Positions 50,061-61,839 of a stretch of DNA of 64,000 nucleotides are shown here, piece after piece. The stretch is taken from assembly GCF_006345805.1 (NCBI RefSeq), contig NC_043000.1, positions 131,564,001 through 131,628,000 on the forward strand, in the 5' to 3' direction. This stretch comes from Octopus sinensis (Eukaryota). How positions within the stretch are numbered: position 1 is the first letter of the stretch; each line of letters opens with the position of its first letter. Below the pieces are notes generated by a model. That model did not search any database and had not been told where the DNA came from. It saw only the letters and a program-made list of their open reading frames with translations. Made by a program: the position numbers and the translations under genes.

Positions 50061-53000
50061 ATGTCAGGTCTCCGCTTGGAGCTACTGGTAACATGTAACC
50101 CAGTACAACCTGTTACATGGTCGGGTCGTTGGCGACTAAACTGGCAACCCCACCAAGATTTCTTGGTGAGGAGGGTGATTTGGACAACCAGCAGGACTAA
50201 AAACAAAACCTGTCAAAGGGCAGAGGAACTCTCTCATGAGTCAATGGCCATCCAAAATCCGGAGTGGAGCCCCTAAGGCGGTTGGATTGCGCCATGCGTG
50301 CCACCTTCCGGCAGCTTCTGCATCTTGGTCTACCCCCAGTCGTCTTGACTTTGTCTTGCCACTGGATCCGGCGCACCAGGACGAGAGAGTGAGGCTGATC
50401 CTGCGCAAGTCACCCTCACTATAATCCAAGTCACGCGCATGTCACGACATCATGACGCCATGACACCATCCCAAAGTCCTGTGGCGATGGGGAAACGGCG
50501 AAGTAGCAGGTGAGGATACACTGGGAGCTGCAGTCGTGAACCCACACACAGGCGGCTCAGGACATGTGGTCGCCCCTCACTGAACTGAGGCAGCAGTGGA
50601 GTCCGGCAGCCTCCTGAGTGACCGAGCAGCCCTCTTCAGGATCGCTCTGCTCGCCTCCCCAGCATGAGGACGGGGCTAGAAAAGGTTGCCCTAAACATAG
50701 CCTGCCTCACCTCACCCTGGTCAGCAAACCGCGGCTGGCGGGGATCCTTTCCAAGCGGTCGAAACAAAGAAAGAAGAAAACAAACAAAGGTGCTCACTTT
50801 CGCAACTTGGAACGTGAGAACTCTGCTTGACAACACCAAAGCGGACAGACCAGAGAGACGAACTGCCCTGGTGGCCAGAGAACTGAGCCGATACAGTGTC
50901 GATATTGCAGCACTGAGCGAGACCCGCCTTGCGGACAAAGGCCAGCTGACAGAGACAGGCGGCGGCTACACTTTCTTTTGGAGTGGTCGCAGCAGCGAAG
51001 AGCGTCGTGAGGCTGGTGTTGGTTTTGCCATTAAGTCAGTACACGTGCGGAAACTGGAAAGCCCCCCCGAGGGTATCAACGATCGGCTGATGAAGATGCA
51101 GCTCCCACTTGGAAACAAGACTAGTGCGACCATCATCAGTGCTTACGCCCCCACCATGACCAACCCTGAAGAAGTTAAGGACAGGTTCTATGAGGAACTC
51201 GACTCCCTCATCACGTCAGCCCAGCCTGGGAAGCTCATCCTCCTTGGGGATTTTAACGCCCGTGTCGGGACTGACCACCAAGCCTGGCATCGCGTACTGG
51301 GAAAGCAAGGAATCGGAAAGTGCAACAGCAACGGACAGCTCCTCCTGCGTGCGTGTGCCTCTCATGATCTTACCATCGCCAACACCTTGTTCCGTCTGCC
51401 AACACGCAACAAGACATCATGGATGCATCCACGCTCCAAACACTGGCATCTGATAGATTACGTCATCGTCAGGGCGAAAGACAGGCGGGACGTGAGACTG
51501 GTCAAAGCCATGTGCGGAGCTGACTGCTGGACGGACCATCGCCTCATCATCTCCAGGATGGATTTCTACATCCGACCTAAGAGAAGACCACAGGGTCAGA
51601 AAGTGACGAGGAAGCTTAACATCACGAAATTAAAGAACCAGCTGACTGCACAAGATCTCCAGTCACGTATGGACAGTAAGCTGTTGGACATTCGGAGTGA
51701 CCAGTCCAGCATCGATGAGCAGTGGGAATCATTCAGGGACACGGTTCATTCCATCGCCCTTGAAACTCTGGCCAAATTACGAGGAACCACCAGGACTGGT
51801 TCGACGAAAACGACCAGGAAATCCAAAAGCTCCTGGAAGAGAAACGCCGTCTGCTGCGGGCTCACCAAAATGACACCACCTGCACGGCAAAGAAGGCCGC
51901 TTTCAACAACATTCGCAGCACAGTCCAGGCTAAACTCCGCTTCATGCAAGACGCATGGTTAAGCGCCAAGGCGGATGAGATTCAGGGATACGCAGACAAA
52001 CACGACACCAAGAAATTCTACGAGGCGCTGAAAGCTGTCTATGGACCGCAGTTCTCCTTTGGATCAACCCCCCTGCTCAGCTCAGATGGAACCTCACTCC
52101 TGACTAACAAGAGGCTGATCCTGGAGAGATGGGCGGAGCACTTCAACATCGTGCTCTCAACCGACCAGCCCAGATCAACGAGGAAGCCATCGCACGACTC
52201 CCCCAGGTGCCGACAAACCACGAGTTGGCTGTTCCCCCGCAGTCGAGGAAGTGAGCAGAGCCATCAAAAAAATGTCCACCGGCAAAGCTCCAGGCTCTGA
52301 CGCCATCCCTGCAGAGGTGTTCAAGTCGGGCGGCCCCACCATGATCAGTCAGCTCACCAGCCTGTTCCAGTCGATGTGGGACAGGGAACAACTCCCTCAA
52401 GATTTCCGGGATGCAACAATCGTTCACATTTATAAGCGGAAAGGAGATCGGCAGTCCTGCGACAACCACCGAGGTATTTCCCTCTTGTCCATAGCAGGCA
52501 AGATCCTGGCCCGGGTCCTGCTTGACCGCCTTCTGGAACACTTGGAGCAAGGCCTTCTCCCTGAGAGCCAGTGTGGCTTCCGTGCGGGTCGAGGGACCAC
52601 TGACATGATATTCGCCGCCCGCCAGCTCCAGGAGAAATGCATGGAGCAGCACCTTGACCTCTGCATGACCTTTGTTGACCTCACCAAGGCCTTTGATACA
52701 GTCAGTCGGGAGGGACTATGGAAGGTCATGGGAAAATTTGGTTGCCCCAGCAAATTTATTGCAATTGTCCGCCAGTTCCACGACGGAATGACAGCCAGAA
52801 TCCTTGAAGACGGCGACTCATCTGAAGCCTTCCAGGTGACCAACGGAGTCAGGCAGGGCTGTGTCCTGGCCCCAACACTGTTCAGCATCATGTTCTCGGC
52901 AATGATGTCCGACGCCTTTAGGGACTGCAAGTCCGGTATCAACATCAAGTACAGGACAGACGGGAAACTTTTCAACTCCAGGAGATTGCAGGCTGTCACA

Positions 53001-54044
53001 AAGGTGAGGGAGACAGTCGTCAGAGACTTTCTCTTTGCTGACGACTGCGCCCTTAATGCAATCGATGAGCAGGAGATGCAGCTCGAGATGGACAGGTTCT
53101 CATCAGCCTGTGACAACTTCGGTCTCACCATCAGTGCAAAGAAAACTGAAGTGATGTTTCAGCCAGCCCCCGGCAAACAATACCATGAGCCTCAGATAAG
53201 GGTGAACGGACGGATCCTACGAGTGGTGGAAAACTTCACCTACCTGGGCAGCACTCTCTCCTGCAATGCCAACATAGATGCTGAAACCATCAACAGAATC
53301 TCCAAGGCAAGCAGCGCGTTTGGGAGACTGCGAAAGAAAGTCTGGGAGCGGAGAGGAATCAGCCTCAACACCAAGCTGAAAGTCTACCGGCAGTCGTGCT
53401 TACCACCTACTATACGGCTGCGAGACGTGGACTGCTTACCGAAGGCACGAGCGCCAGATAAACCACTTCCATCTCAGGTGTCTTCGGAATCTCCTTCACA
53501 TCCGCTGGCAGGACAAAGTCCCAGACACGGAAGTTCTGAAGCAGGCAGATCTCCCTAGCACCATCACAATCATGCGCAAGGCCCAGCTGAGATGGGCGGG
53601 CCACGTCTCCCGCATGTCCGACACTCGCATCCCAAAACAGCTCTTCTACGGTGAACTCGGCCAGGGCATGCGCAAAGTCGGAGGGCAGAAAAAGCGCTAC
53701 AAGGATAGTCTCAAGGTCTCTCTCAAAGACTTCTCCATCGGAACAGAGACCTGGGAGACACTTGCTGCCAACCGCTCATCCTGGCGCAGCGCAATCACCG
53801 TGGGAGCAGGGACAGCCGAGGAGGGACTGATTCGGTCAGCGGAGCAGAAACGTCAGATGCGTAAAGTCAGAGCCGCCTGCACCAGTAGCACTGCCCCTAC
53901 CCACTTCTGCCCCACCTGTGGGAGGGGCTTCCTTGCCCGGATTGGCCTCACCAGCCACCTCCGGTCTCATGGCGGCAGTTCCATCAGATGATGTCAGTTG
54001 GTCATCTTCGAACCGAAGGACGAACATTATTATTATTATTATTA
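50061..54044 (+). mobile_element. Full-length RTE-clade LINE (RTE/BovB-like): ~600-bp 5' UTR, APE + RT + C-terminal zinc finger, 3' stem-loop, (ATT)n tail
   Basis: GC-rich island in an AT-rich background, flanked by (TATG)n; protein motifs listed in the ORF feature; 3' CTTCG-AAC-CGAAG hairpin at 54006-54018. Confidence 0.95.
50664..53991 (+). pseudogene. RTE ORF (endonuclease-reverse transcriptase), ~1110 codons after correcting 5 indels; no in-frame stop in the reconstructed frame
   Basis: APE: TWNVRTL, SAYAPT, LGDFNARVG, HLIDYV, WTDHRL. RT: CDNHRGISLL, QCGFR, FVDLTKAFD, GVRQG, LFADD, YLGS. Zn finger CPTCGRGF...HLRSH. Indels near 51770, 52157, 52236, 53390 and 53407. Confidence 0.93.
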
Positions 54045-54539
54045 TGTATGTATGTATGTATGCATGCATGTATGTATGTAAGTATGTATGTTACAGAATT
54101 TATCTTATCTCTGAAGCTTTAGATCATTTTAATTTGGGAATAATTTCAATATATTCATATCTATTTTCGCTTACCGTTCATATTCTGCCAACAGACAGAC
54201 TTACATATACATGATATACATACATAGACGGCAAACACACTCATACATACACTGATACATACACGTACATTCGTATTCTTCAGAGATAAAAATCTAACTG
54301 CGTAGGTGCCAAATCTTCTAAACTGCCCTCCTTCCTGCCTTCCTCTTCTCCCTCTCTCCCTCTCATCTTCTGTTTCCCCTTCTCATTATTCTTCACCTCT
54401 TCACCTGATTCTTTCTCTTCTTTTGCTACCGTCAGTGTCTAGCACACATTTTCCCCATCTGCCATTCGACGTCACCAATTCTCTCTCCCTCTCTCTTTTT
54501 CTCTCCCTCTCTCCTCTTACCCTCTCTTTATGTCTACCT

Positions 54540-54717
54540 TTCTCTCCAACAACAATAATAATAATAATAATAATTATTATTATTATTATTATTATATAAT
54601 TATTATTATTACTATTATTATTATTATTATTATTATTATATTATTATAATTATTATTGTCGTTGTTATTATTATTGTTGTTGTTGTTGTTATTATTATTA
54701 TTTTCATTATTATTATT

Positions 54718-54813
<96 letters not shown>

Positions 54814-54876
54814 TCCTTCAACACTTTCAAATTTTAAATCCTAGAAGTTCATATAACGTTTATCTTCTTTCACTTT

Positions 54877-54916
<40 letters not shown>

Positions 54917-55000
54917 TTTGTCTGTCCCCCCTCTCTCTCTCCCCCCTCTCTCTCCCCCCTCTCTCTTCCCCCTCTCTCTCTCTGTTTCGCTCTCACTCTC
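54540..55000. repeat. Compound (AAT/ATT/GTT/ATC)n and (CT)n microsatellites, representative of dozens of (TA), (TG), (TATG), (GATA), (GA) tracts across the window
   Basis: Direct reading of the sequence. Confidence 0.95.
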
Positions 55001-55745
55001 CCATTCACTCTCACTTCTCCTTTTCTTGGATCTGGTCAGTACCTCCTACACCACAATTACTTTTCCTTGAATTCACAAACACACACACACATACACACAC
55101 ACACATACACACACACAAACTAATGTATACATGGAAACCTAGACGTGCACAAGCATATATAGACACAAAAACACACGAACCTACACATTAATACAAGCTT
55201 CCCCTCTTTCTCTCTGCCTCTCACTCTCTCACACACACGCAAACACACACCTGTATGCGTATGTCTGTATTTTGACTTTCTATCTTTCTACCTGTCTTTC
55301 TAGTTGTTTCACTTTCTGTCTGTCTCTCTCTTTCTCTTTCTCTTTCTCTCTCTCTCTCTTCTCTCTCTCTTTCTCTTTCTCTCTGTATATGTATGTAAAT
55401 ATGTTCGTATGTATGTTATGTAATAATACAAATAATATATAAATATATGCATATATACATACATATATGTACATACCTACATATACATGTATATATACAT
55501 GCATATATGGGTACAGGACATCAAAAAAATGTTGAACACAATGAGAAACGAAAACATATAAACAAAATCATAGAAAATGAACTTTTTTTCGAACAATGAA
55601 TAAAAAAACAGAGAAACGAGACATGCAACATAAAGAATATTCCCCTTCATCAGTTGTCCCTGTTTCATCTACTCCCACATACATATGAACACATTTACAT
55701 GCATGTATATATACACACACATTTTCGCTTTGTGTATATTCTACT

Positions 55746-55812
<67 letters not shown>

Positions 55813-56330
55813 TGTTTGTTTAATCGAAATCTATAGAGTCAGGTCTCCTGTCTGAAGACAGCTTCCACCTTTCTTCCCAATCTTCTCATTTACCATGAGA
55901 AAAGGTCATAACACTGCACTTTCCGTTCTAAGACGGTGGGGGGAAATATATATTATTTTATTAGTATCGACATGTGGCAAGGTGCTACGTTTGCAAAACT
56001 GCTTTATGTATGGAACGAAATTGATGATATAATCAAAATTTTTAACATAATTAAACAATATGGCATATAATACTTAACTATGGAACAAAAATCAGAAATA
56101 ATCGAAAAATTTAACATGACATGTCCGAATGTCACAATTTCAATTATCTTAACTATTGAAAGAAATATATGAAACAATAAAAAAATCTTTAACATAGCGA
56201 AATGATATTATGGAGATCCATAAAATTTGTGCATTAAAATTTAACACGTAGTATTTCCACCTGTCTTGCTAGTAAAGATATGTGTATACGTACGTATGTA
56301 CGTATGTACGTACGTACGTGTGTGTATATT

Positions 56331-56527
56331 TACTTTTTAACCCCGTGAAAACATATTTTCTGATTGGTTGTGAACTCATGATCTGTGTCCGAGACATACT
56401 GTAAGGGGGCTCACTACTCCCTTCAAACCTTTAGCAGTAGCAGCAGACCAATAGATTTTGGGTGATTTCCCGTCTTCAGTGCGTCGATAGCCAATTGGAA
56501 AAGATGTTTTCCTGGGGTTAAAAAGTA
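56331..56527. mobile_element. MITE-like element, ~42-bp imperfect TIRs
   Basis: TACTTTTTAACCCCGTGAAAACATATTTTCTGATTGG vs the reverse complement of CCAATTGGAAAAGATGTTTTCCTGGGGTTAAAAAGTA. Confidence 0.7.
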
Positions 56528-56640
56528 GCAACATAGTCCTATGCAGGACTGCCACGTTATATTGGCAAATAAAGTTTACTACACGGTACTGTTACTACAT
56601 AGATCTCATTCAAAGATTGAAAGCTAGTTATATATATATG

Positions 56641-56906
56641 TTATAAGTAGTTAAGCCTGTATACGGTCATAGAGTGACCAATGGTTTCGCATCCACAAAG
56701 GCCTTAGCCCCGTGGACGTCTCGTCAGACTCGGAAGCTGAAGACAAATGTAACTAGTCACCGCTCGGAGGCAGAAATCCGTTATGGTCATTAAGTCAGTT
56801 AGTCACCAAAGAATAAAGAACCCAGGTTCAGTCTTCGGCTAAGACCTTTGTGGAAGCAAAACCATTAGTTACTCTATGACCGGAAATAGACCTTAACTAC
56901 TTATAA
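56641..56906. mobile_element. MITE-like element, ~70-bp imperfect TIRs with TTATAA ends
   Basis: TTATAAGTAGTTAAG...CGGTCATAGAGT...CCACAAAGG..TTAGCC is mirrored at 56837-56906. Confidence 0.75.
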
Positions 56907-56989
56907 ATACATTACTGCTCTATGCTTTAGAGTGTGCCTCGTTTTCGAATATATGATACATTGACGATATATATATATATATATATAAA

Positions 56990-57675
56990 GAAAACAAAAA
57001 ATGGAACAAGAATGTAACAGGCGGCAACAAAACATCCGGACAGTTAGACGATATGAAAAAGGACAGGAAAAAATAAGGATGGGTCATTCTTAGTTTTCTA
57101 TCCTCAGTCGAGTTCCAGATTTTCTCGGCAGTTTCGGCCGGCTACACCCGTGACTGCTCCAATCTGGCGGCCCCACGAAAATCTAAGCTAAGTGCACTAG
57201 ATTCTTTGGAAGAAAGCAAGCGAATGTATTCGACAAAAAGGACAAAAAAAACGGAGAAATTGTACACAATTACAAACAACATGTCATTAATAACAGGTGT
57301 CTTTCGACTAAGGACGAATTAAATTATGCTGACGTGTGTAAAAGTGAAACCTTACGGCAGGATCGTAAGAGATGAAAGTCATGGGAAGGAAGAGAGATGT
57401 CACACGGATGGTAGTCCAACCAAGAAAGAAAAGTCAGGGTTGGCGGAACACCAGTCATGTGGAAGGAGAGGAGAGAGGTAGGGGCAGAGGGATAGGAAAA
57501 TTAGGGAGGGACGAGAAAGAAAGAAAAAGAAAGGGACAGAGTGAGGTAAAAGAGGAGGGAAGGTGAGAAGAAGGAAGGCCAAGAAATGTGAGAGAGGTGG
57601 AGCGAGAAGGAGAAGAGTGGAAAGAACAAAGTAAGTGTGAAGGGGATGAAAGAAGGAGTAAGAGAGTCGTGCAGA

Positions 57676-57715
<40 letters not shown>

Positions 57716-58107
57716 TTACATATAAGAGACCAAAAGTGTACGTACGCTGCTATATGTACATATAAAAAAGAGAGCAAAAAATGAGAAAAGAACGTAACAG
57801 GCGATAACAAAACATCCAGGCAGTTAGACGTTACAAAAAAGGACGGGTCATTCTTAGGTTTCTATCCTCAGTCGAGTTCCAGATTTTCTCTGCAGTTTCG
57901 GCCGCTTACACCCAAGACTGCCCCAATCTGGCCAGCCCCAAGATAATCTATGCTAAGTGCACTAGATCCCTTGGAAGAAAGCAAACGAATGTATACGAAA
58001 ACAAGGACGAAAAAAAGAGAAATTCTACACAATTACAAATACAAGCAACAGGACATTAAGAACAGGTGTCTTTCAACTAAGGACGAATTCAATTAAACTG
58101 GCGTGTG

Positions 58108-58139
<32 letters not shown>

Positions 58140-58241
58140 TGTATGTATGTATGTATGTATGTATGTATGTTTGTTTGTATGTATGTGTTGACGCATCAAT
58201 ATACGTATGAGTGTATATGTGTATGCATGTATGTATGTATG

Positions 58242-58275
<34 letters not shown>

Positions 58276-58293
58276 TGTATGTATGTATGTATG

Positions 58294-58324
<31 letters not shown>

Positions 58325-59165
58325 GTTATGTCAGGTCACTTTCGAGTGCTACTGGTAACATGTAACCCAGTACAACCTGTTGCATGGTCGAGTCGTCCGC
58401 AACTAAACCGGCAACCCCACCAAGCTTGCTTGGTGAGCAGGGTGTTTATTGGACACTCTGCGGAATGAAAAACAAAAGCCGTCAAAGGCCATCCAATAAA
58501 TGTCTTAAGGCTGTATCATGCGCGGAACATAGAAATAATCAGACTGAATACTCGATCGCGCGATTAAACCATTGGGAGTGAAGGACTCCTAGCCTTTGTT
58601 AGGGCATCCTTCTAGGAGAAGGTAACTCAGGTAACTGGGATAACTCCGACATAAAACCTGCGGCTCAGTGGTTACCGATGATGTTGACTTGTTCTTCTTT
58701 TCAGATTATGGCTGCTGTTGCTTAGTGAATGGGATTGACTCAGTGCACAGCCTTTCCTCACTTTAAAAAAATCTTCTTGCACAGGCATTGCACGATAACG
58801 ACATTGATTAAGCTTCGACAATGGCCATACTCGATAACGAGGGGGCAGCCACCATGTATGTAAGTATATATGTATGCATGTATATATGTCTGTATCAATG
58901 AATGAATGAATAAATTAATGAAAGTGTACGTACGCCGCTATATGTACATATAAAAAAGGGATAACAAAACATCCAGGCAGTTAGACAATACAAAAAAGGA
59001 CAGGAAAAAAAAGGATGGGTCATTCTTAGGTTTCTATCCTCAGTCGAGTTCCAGATTTTCTCGGCAGTTTCGGCCGGTTACACCCAAGACTGCTCCAATC
59101 TGGCCAGCCCCAAGAAAATCTATGCTAAGTGCACTAGATCCCTTGGAAGAAAGCAAGCGAATGTA
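56990..59165 (-). repeat. Three same-orientation family K units (56990-57345, 57735-58108, 58915-59165)
   Basis: AACATCC.G.CAGTTAGAC...GGGTCATTCTTAG.TTTCTATCCTCAGTCGAGTTCCAGATTTTCTC repeated three times at high identity. Confidence 0.8.
58328..58853 (+). mobile_element. Non-autonomous bipartite RTE derivative (RTE-like 5' end plus RTE-like 3' stem-loop, no ORF)
   Basis: First ~125 bp align to 50061-50190. The 3' end TGGCCATACTCGATAACGAGG resembles the RTE end TGGTCATCTTCGAACCGAAGG. Embedded in (TATG)n. Confidence 0.75.
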
Positions 59166-59442
59166 TATGAATGAATGAATGAATGAATGAATGAATGAAT
59201 GAATGAATGAGTGGATGAATGAATGAATGTACGTGCGCATGTACGTATTGAAGTAGCTGTTCGGATTGCTTTAAGAAATAGCTAAGACAGAAACATAGGA
59301 TAATGTAGGTCTAAAGCAGTGGTTCTCAAACAGAGTTCAATGATACTTGGGGTTTGATATGACCTTCTGAGGTCCTAATAAGATTCTGTTATTAGAATTC
59401 ATGTGCCATAACCTGGTTATACTTCGAAAATTCACAAAGTAT

Positions 59443-59690
59443 GGATCTTTACCTTTTGACCGACAGATTTAAAAAATAATTTTTTGTAACTAAACCCTTT
59501 CAAACTTCGGACAATGGTAGAATGTGTCATATAAAACACCTCTTACTCTTAGCGTTTTTGAGAAAAGCTTATATTTAGGAAATTATTTCACATTAAGGTT
59601 GACGTACTTCGGTAATTTCAACCAATCAATGACGTGTATTCAGCTGAATAAAATTACTGCTGTTGTTTGCCATTCCAACGCCCTTAATTA
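59443..59690. mobile_element. Solo TIR arm of the 35731 MITE family
   Basis: GGATCTTTTACCTTTTGACCGACAGATTTAAAAAATAATT...CAACCAATCAATGACGT...GCTGTTGTTTG. Confidence 0.75.
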
Positions 59691-59714
59691 TAATTATGTT
59701 TATAATTATATACT

Positions 59715-59780
<66 letters not shown>

Positions 59781-60273
59781 TATATATAGATATATCGGAT
59801 GAAGGAGTCATCTCGCCTGTCCATGACTCTTAGGTGTTTTAACACCGGTGATATGTGAGTTATATACTCCGCTACGCCATTGAAGCCACCGGAAAATACA
59901 CAAAGCATATACATTACGATATGTATTTAATAATGTATGTGCGTGTGTGTGCTGTTATTGTTGTTGTATTTTGGGATGGCTTTTTTTTTTGCCAAATAAA
60001 CACACGCACTATATATTCGTTCTTCACTCGTTTATTACTGTTCTTATTTTAACTCACGGCCATTGTCCGGAAATCTTTCGTCACACATTTGTAACCTCTT
60101 CAACGACACTTTCTGTCCTCGTGTGTGCTCCTGCTCAACTCCGCTTAGACCTTTCTGTTCTTCTATGATGTGTATAAAGAATCTTGCAACTCAAAAATCA
60201 CATTGAAACTTTACTATAACGTCGTAAATGTATCGACTGTATTTCTAGTAAACATTGGTGCTTTGTTGTACCG

Positions 60274-60339
<66 letters not shown>

Positions 60340-60353
60340 CACACACACACACA

Positions 60354-60442
<89 letters not shown>

Positions 60443-60446
<4 letters not shown>

Positions 60447-60612
60447 GAGAATTCACAAAAAAAAACAATAGACGAAGACAGGTGGTGTAGACAACAAACA
60501 GATGTATTAGTATAACGCTCGGGAAGTGAAAAAGTCTTTAACGTTTCGAGCCTACGCTCTTCCACAGAAAGAAACAAGAAGAGAAAATTAAGAATGTGTA
60601 GTGGCTAGCGAT
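60443..60612 (-). repeat. Family B' element with a hammerhead-like motif
   Basis: CTTT-CTGTGGA-AGAGC-GTAG-GCTC-GAAACGTT-AAAG on the minus strand (60535-60571); stems I and II pair perfectly. Confidence 0.6.
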
Positions 60613-60623
60613 ATATGTATATA

Positions 60624-60813
60624 TTCTTTTACTTGTTTCATCATTTGACGGCGGCCATGCTAGAGCACCGACTTTAGTCGAAGAAATCGACCCCAGGACT
60701 TCTTTTAAAGCCTAATACTTATTCTATTGGTATCTTTTGCCGAACCGCTAAGTTACGGGGACGTAAACACACCAACATCAGCTGTCGAGCGATGGGGGCG
60801 GGACATGTATGAA

Positions 60814-60855
<42 letters not shown>

Positions 60856-61019
60856 TATATATATATGCGATGGGCTTCTTTCAGTTTCCATCAACCAAAT
60901 CCACTCAAGGCTTTGGTCGGTCGGCCCCAGGCTATAGTAGAAGACACTTACCCAAGGTGCTACGCAGTCGGACTGAACCCTGGACCATGTGGTTGGAAGC
61001 AAGCTTCTTACCACACAGC

Positions 61020-61022
<3 letters not shown>
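60624..61022 (-). mobile_element. SINE family A, near full length
   Basis: TTCTTTTACTTGTTTCA...CTTCTTACCACACAGCCA. Confidence 0.85.
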
Positions 61023-61064
<42 letters not shown>

Positions 61065-61159
61065 TGTGTGTGTTGTTACAACTTTGTGTGAATGTGTATT
61101 GAATAATATATCAGTTGAATAAAGTTAAAACATGGTCTGGTTTTATATATATATATATA

Positions 61160-61806
61160 TAGTCAATCCAAACAAAAACAACAACGCGAGGACGTGGAAC
61201 AAGTACTGTGTTATTGGACGCTCAGGAAAGGAAAGCAAAGAAAGAGGACTTCACGTTTCGAGCGGAGCTCTTCGTCAGAAATATAGAAAAAGTCCAAAGA
61301 AGGGAGGACGGAGAAAGAAAATTGCCAACGATACACACGAGGTATGTGTGTGTATGTGTGGGTATATGCGTGTGCGAATGTCTGTGTGTGTGTGTGTGTG
61401 TGTGTGTAATGATAGCACGTGTATATGCATATGTGTGTGTGTGTGTGTCTGTGTGTAGTTGTGACTGTTTATATATGTGTGTGGTTAGACTTAGTGTCGC
61501 TTAAGGTCATAGGAAGAATTTATAGTAAGAATTTTGGTAGGAGTGGCTATCTGTTGTGTCTCCTTATACATGTGCGTAAGAGAATGGTCAGTAGAAAGGT
61601 GTTTAACTGGTAGTTTGAAGTATGTGTGTGTGCGTGTATGTATATGTTGTGTGTGTGTGTGTTTCGTGTGAAGTGTGTATCTGTGTGTGTGTATGTATGT
61701 GTGTGTAAATGTGGGTATATGTGTATGCGTCAGGTTGTGTGTGAGGTTGTGTCTGTGGAGTAAATGTACGTTACTCTACATGTGTGTGTACGTGTGTGTT
61801 CTTGTA

Positions 61807-61839
<33 letters not shown>

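Noticed and set aside
52430-53131. 233-aa and other antisense ORFs over the RTE
   Set aside because: Shadow ORFs of a GC-rich coding sequence with no independent motifs.
59315-59335. hAT/Charlie-like TIR start CAGTGGTTCTCAAAC
   Set aside because: No partner TIR or 8-bp TSD found.
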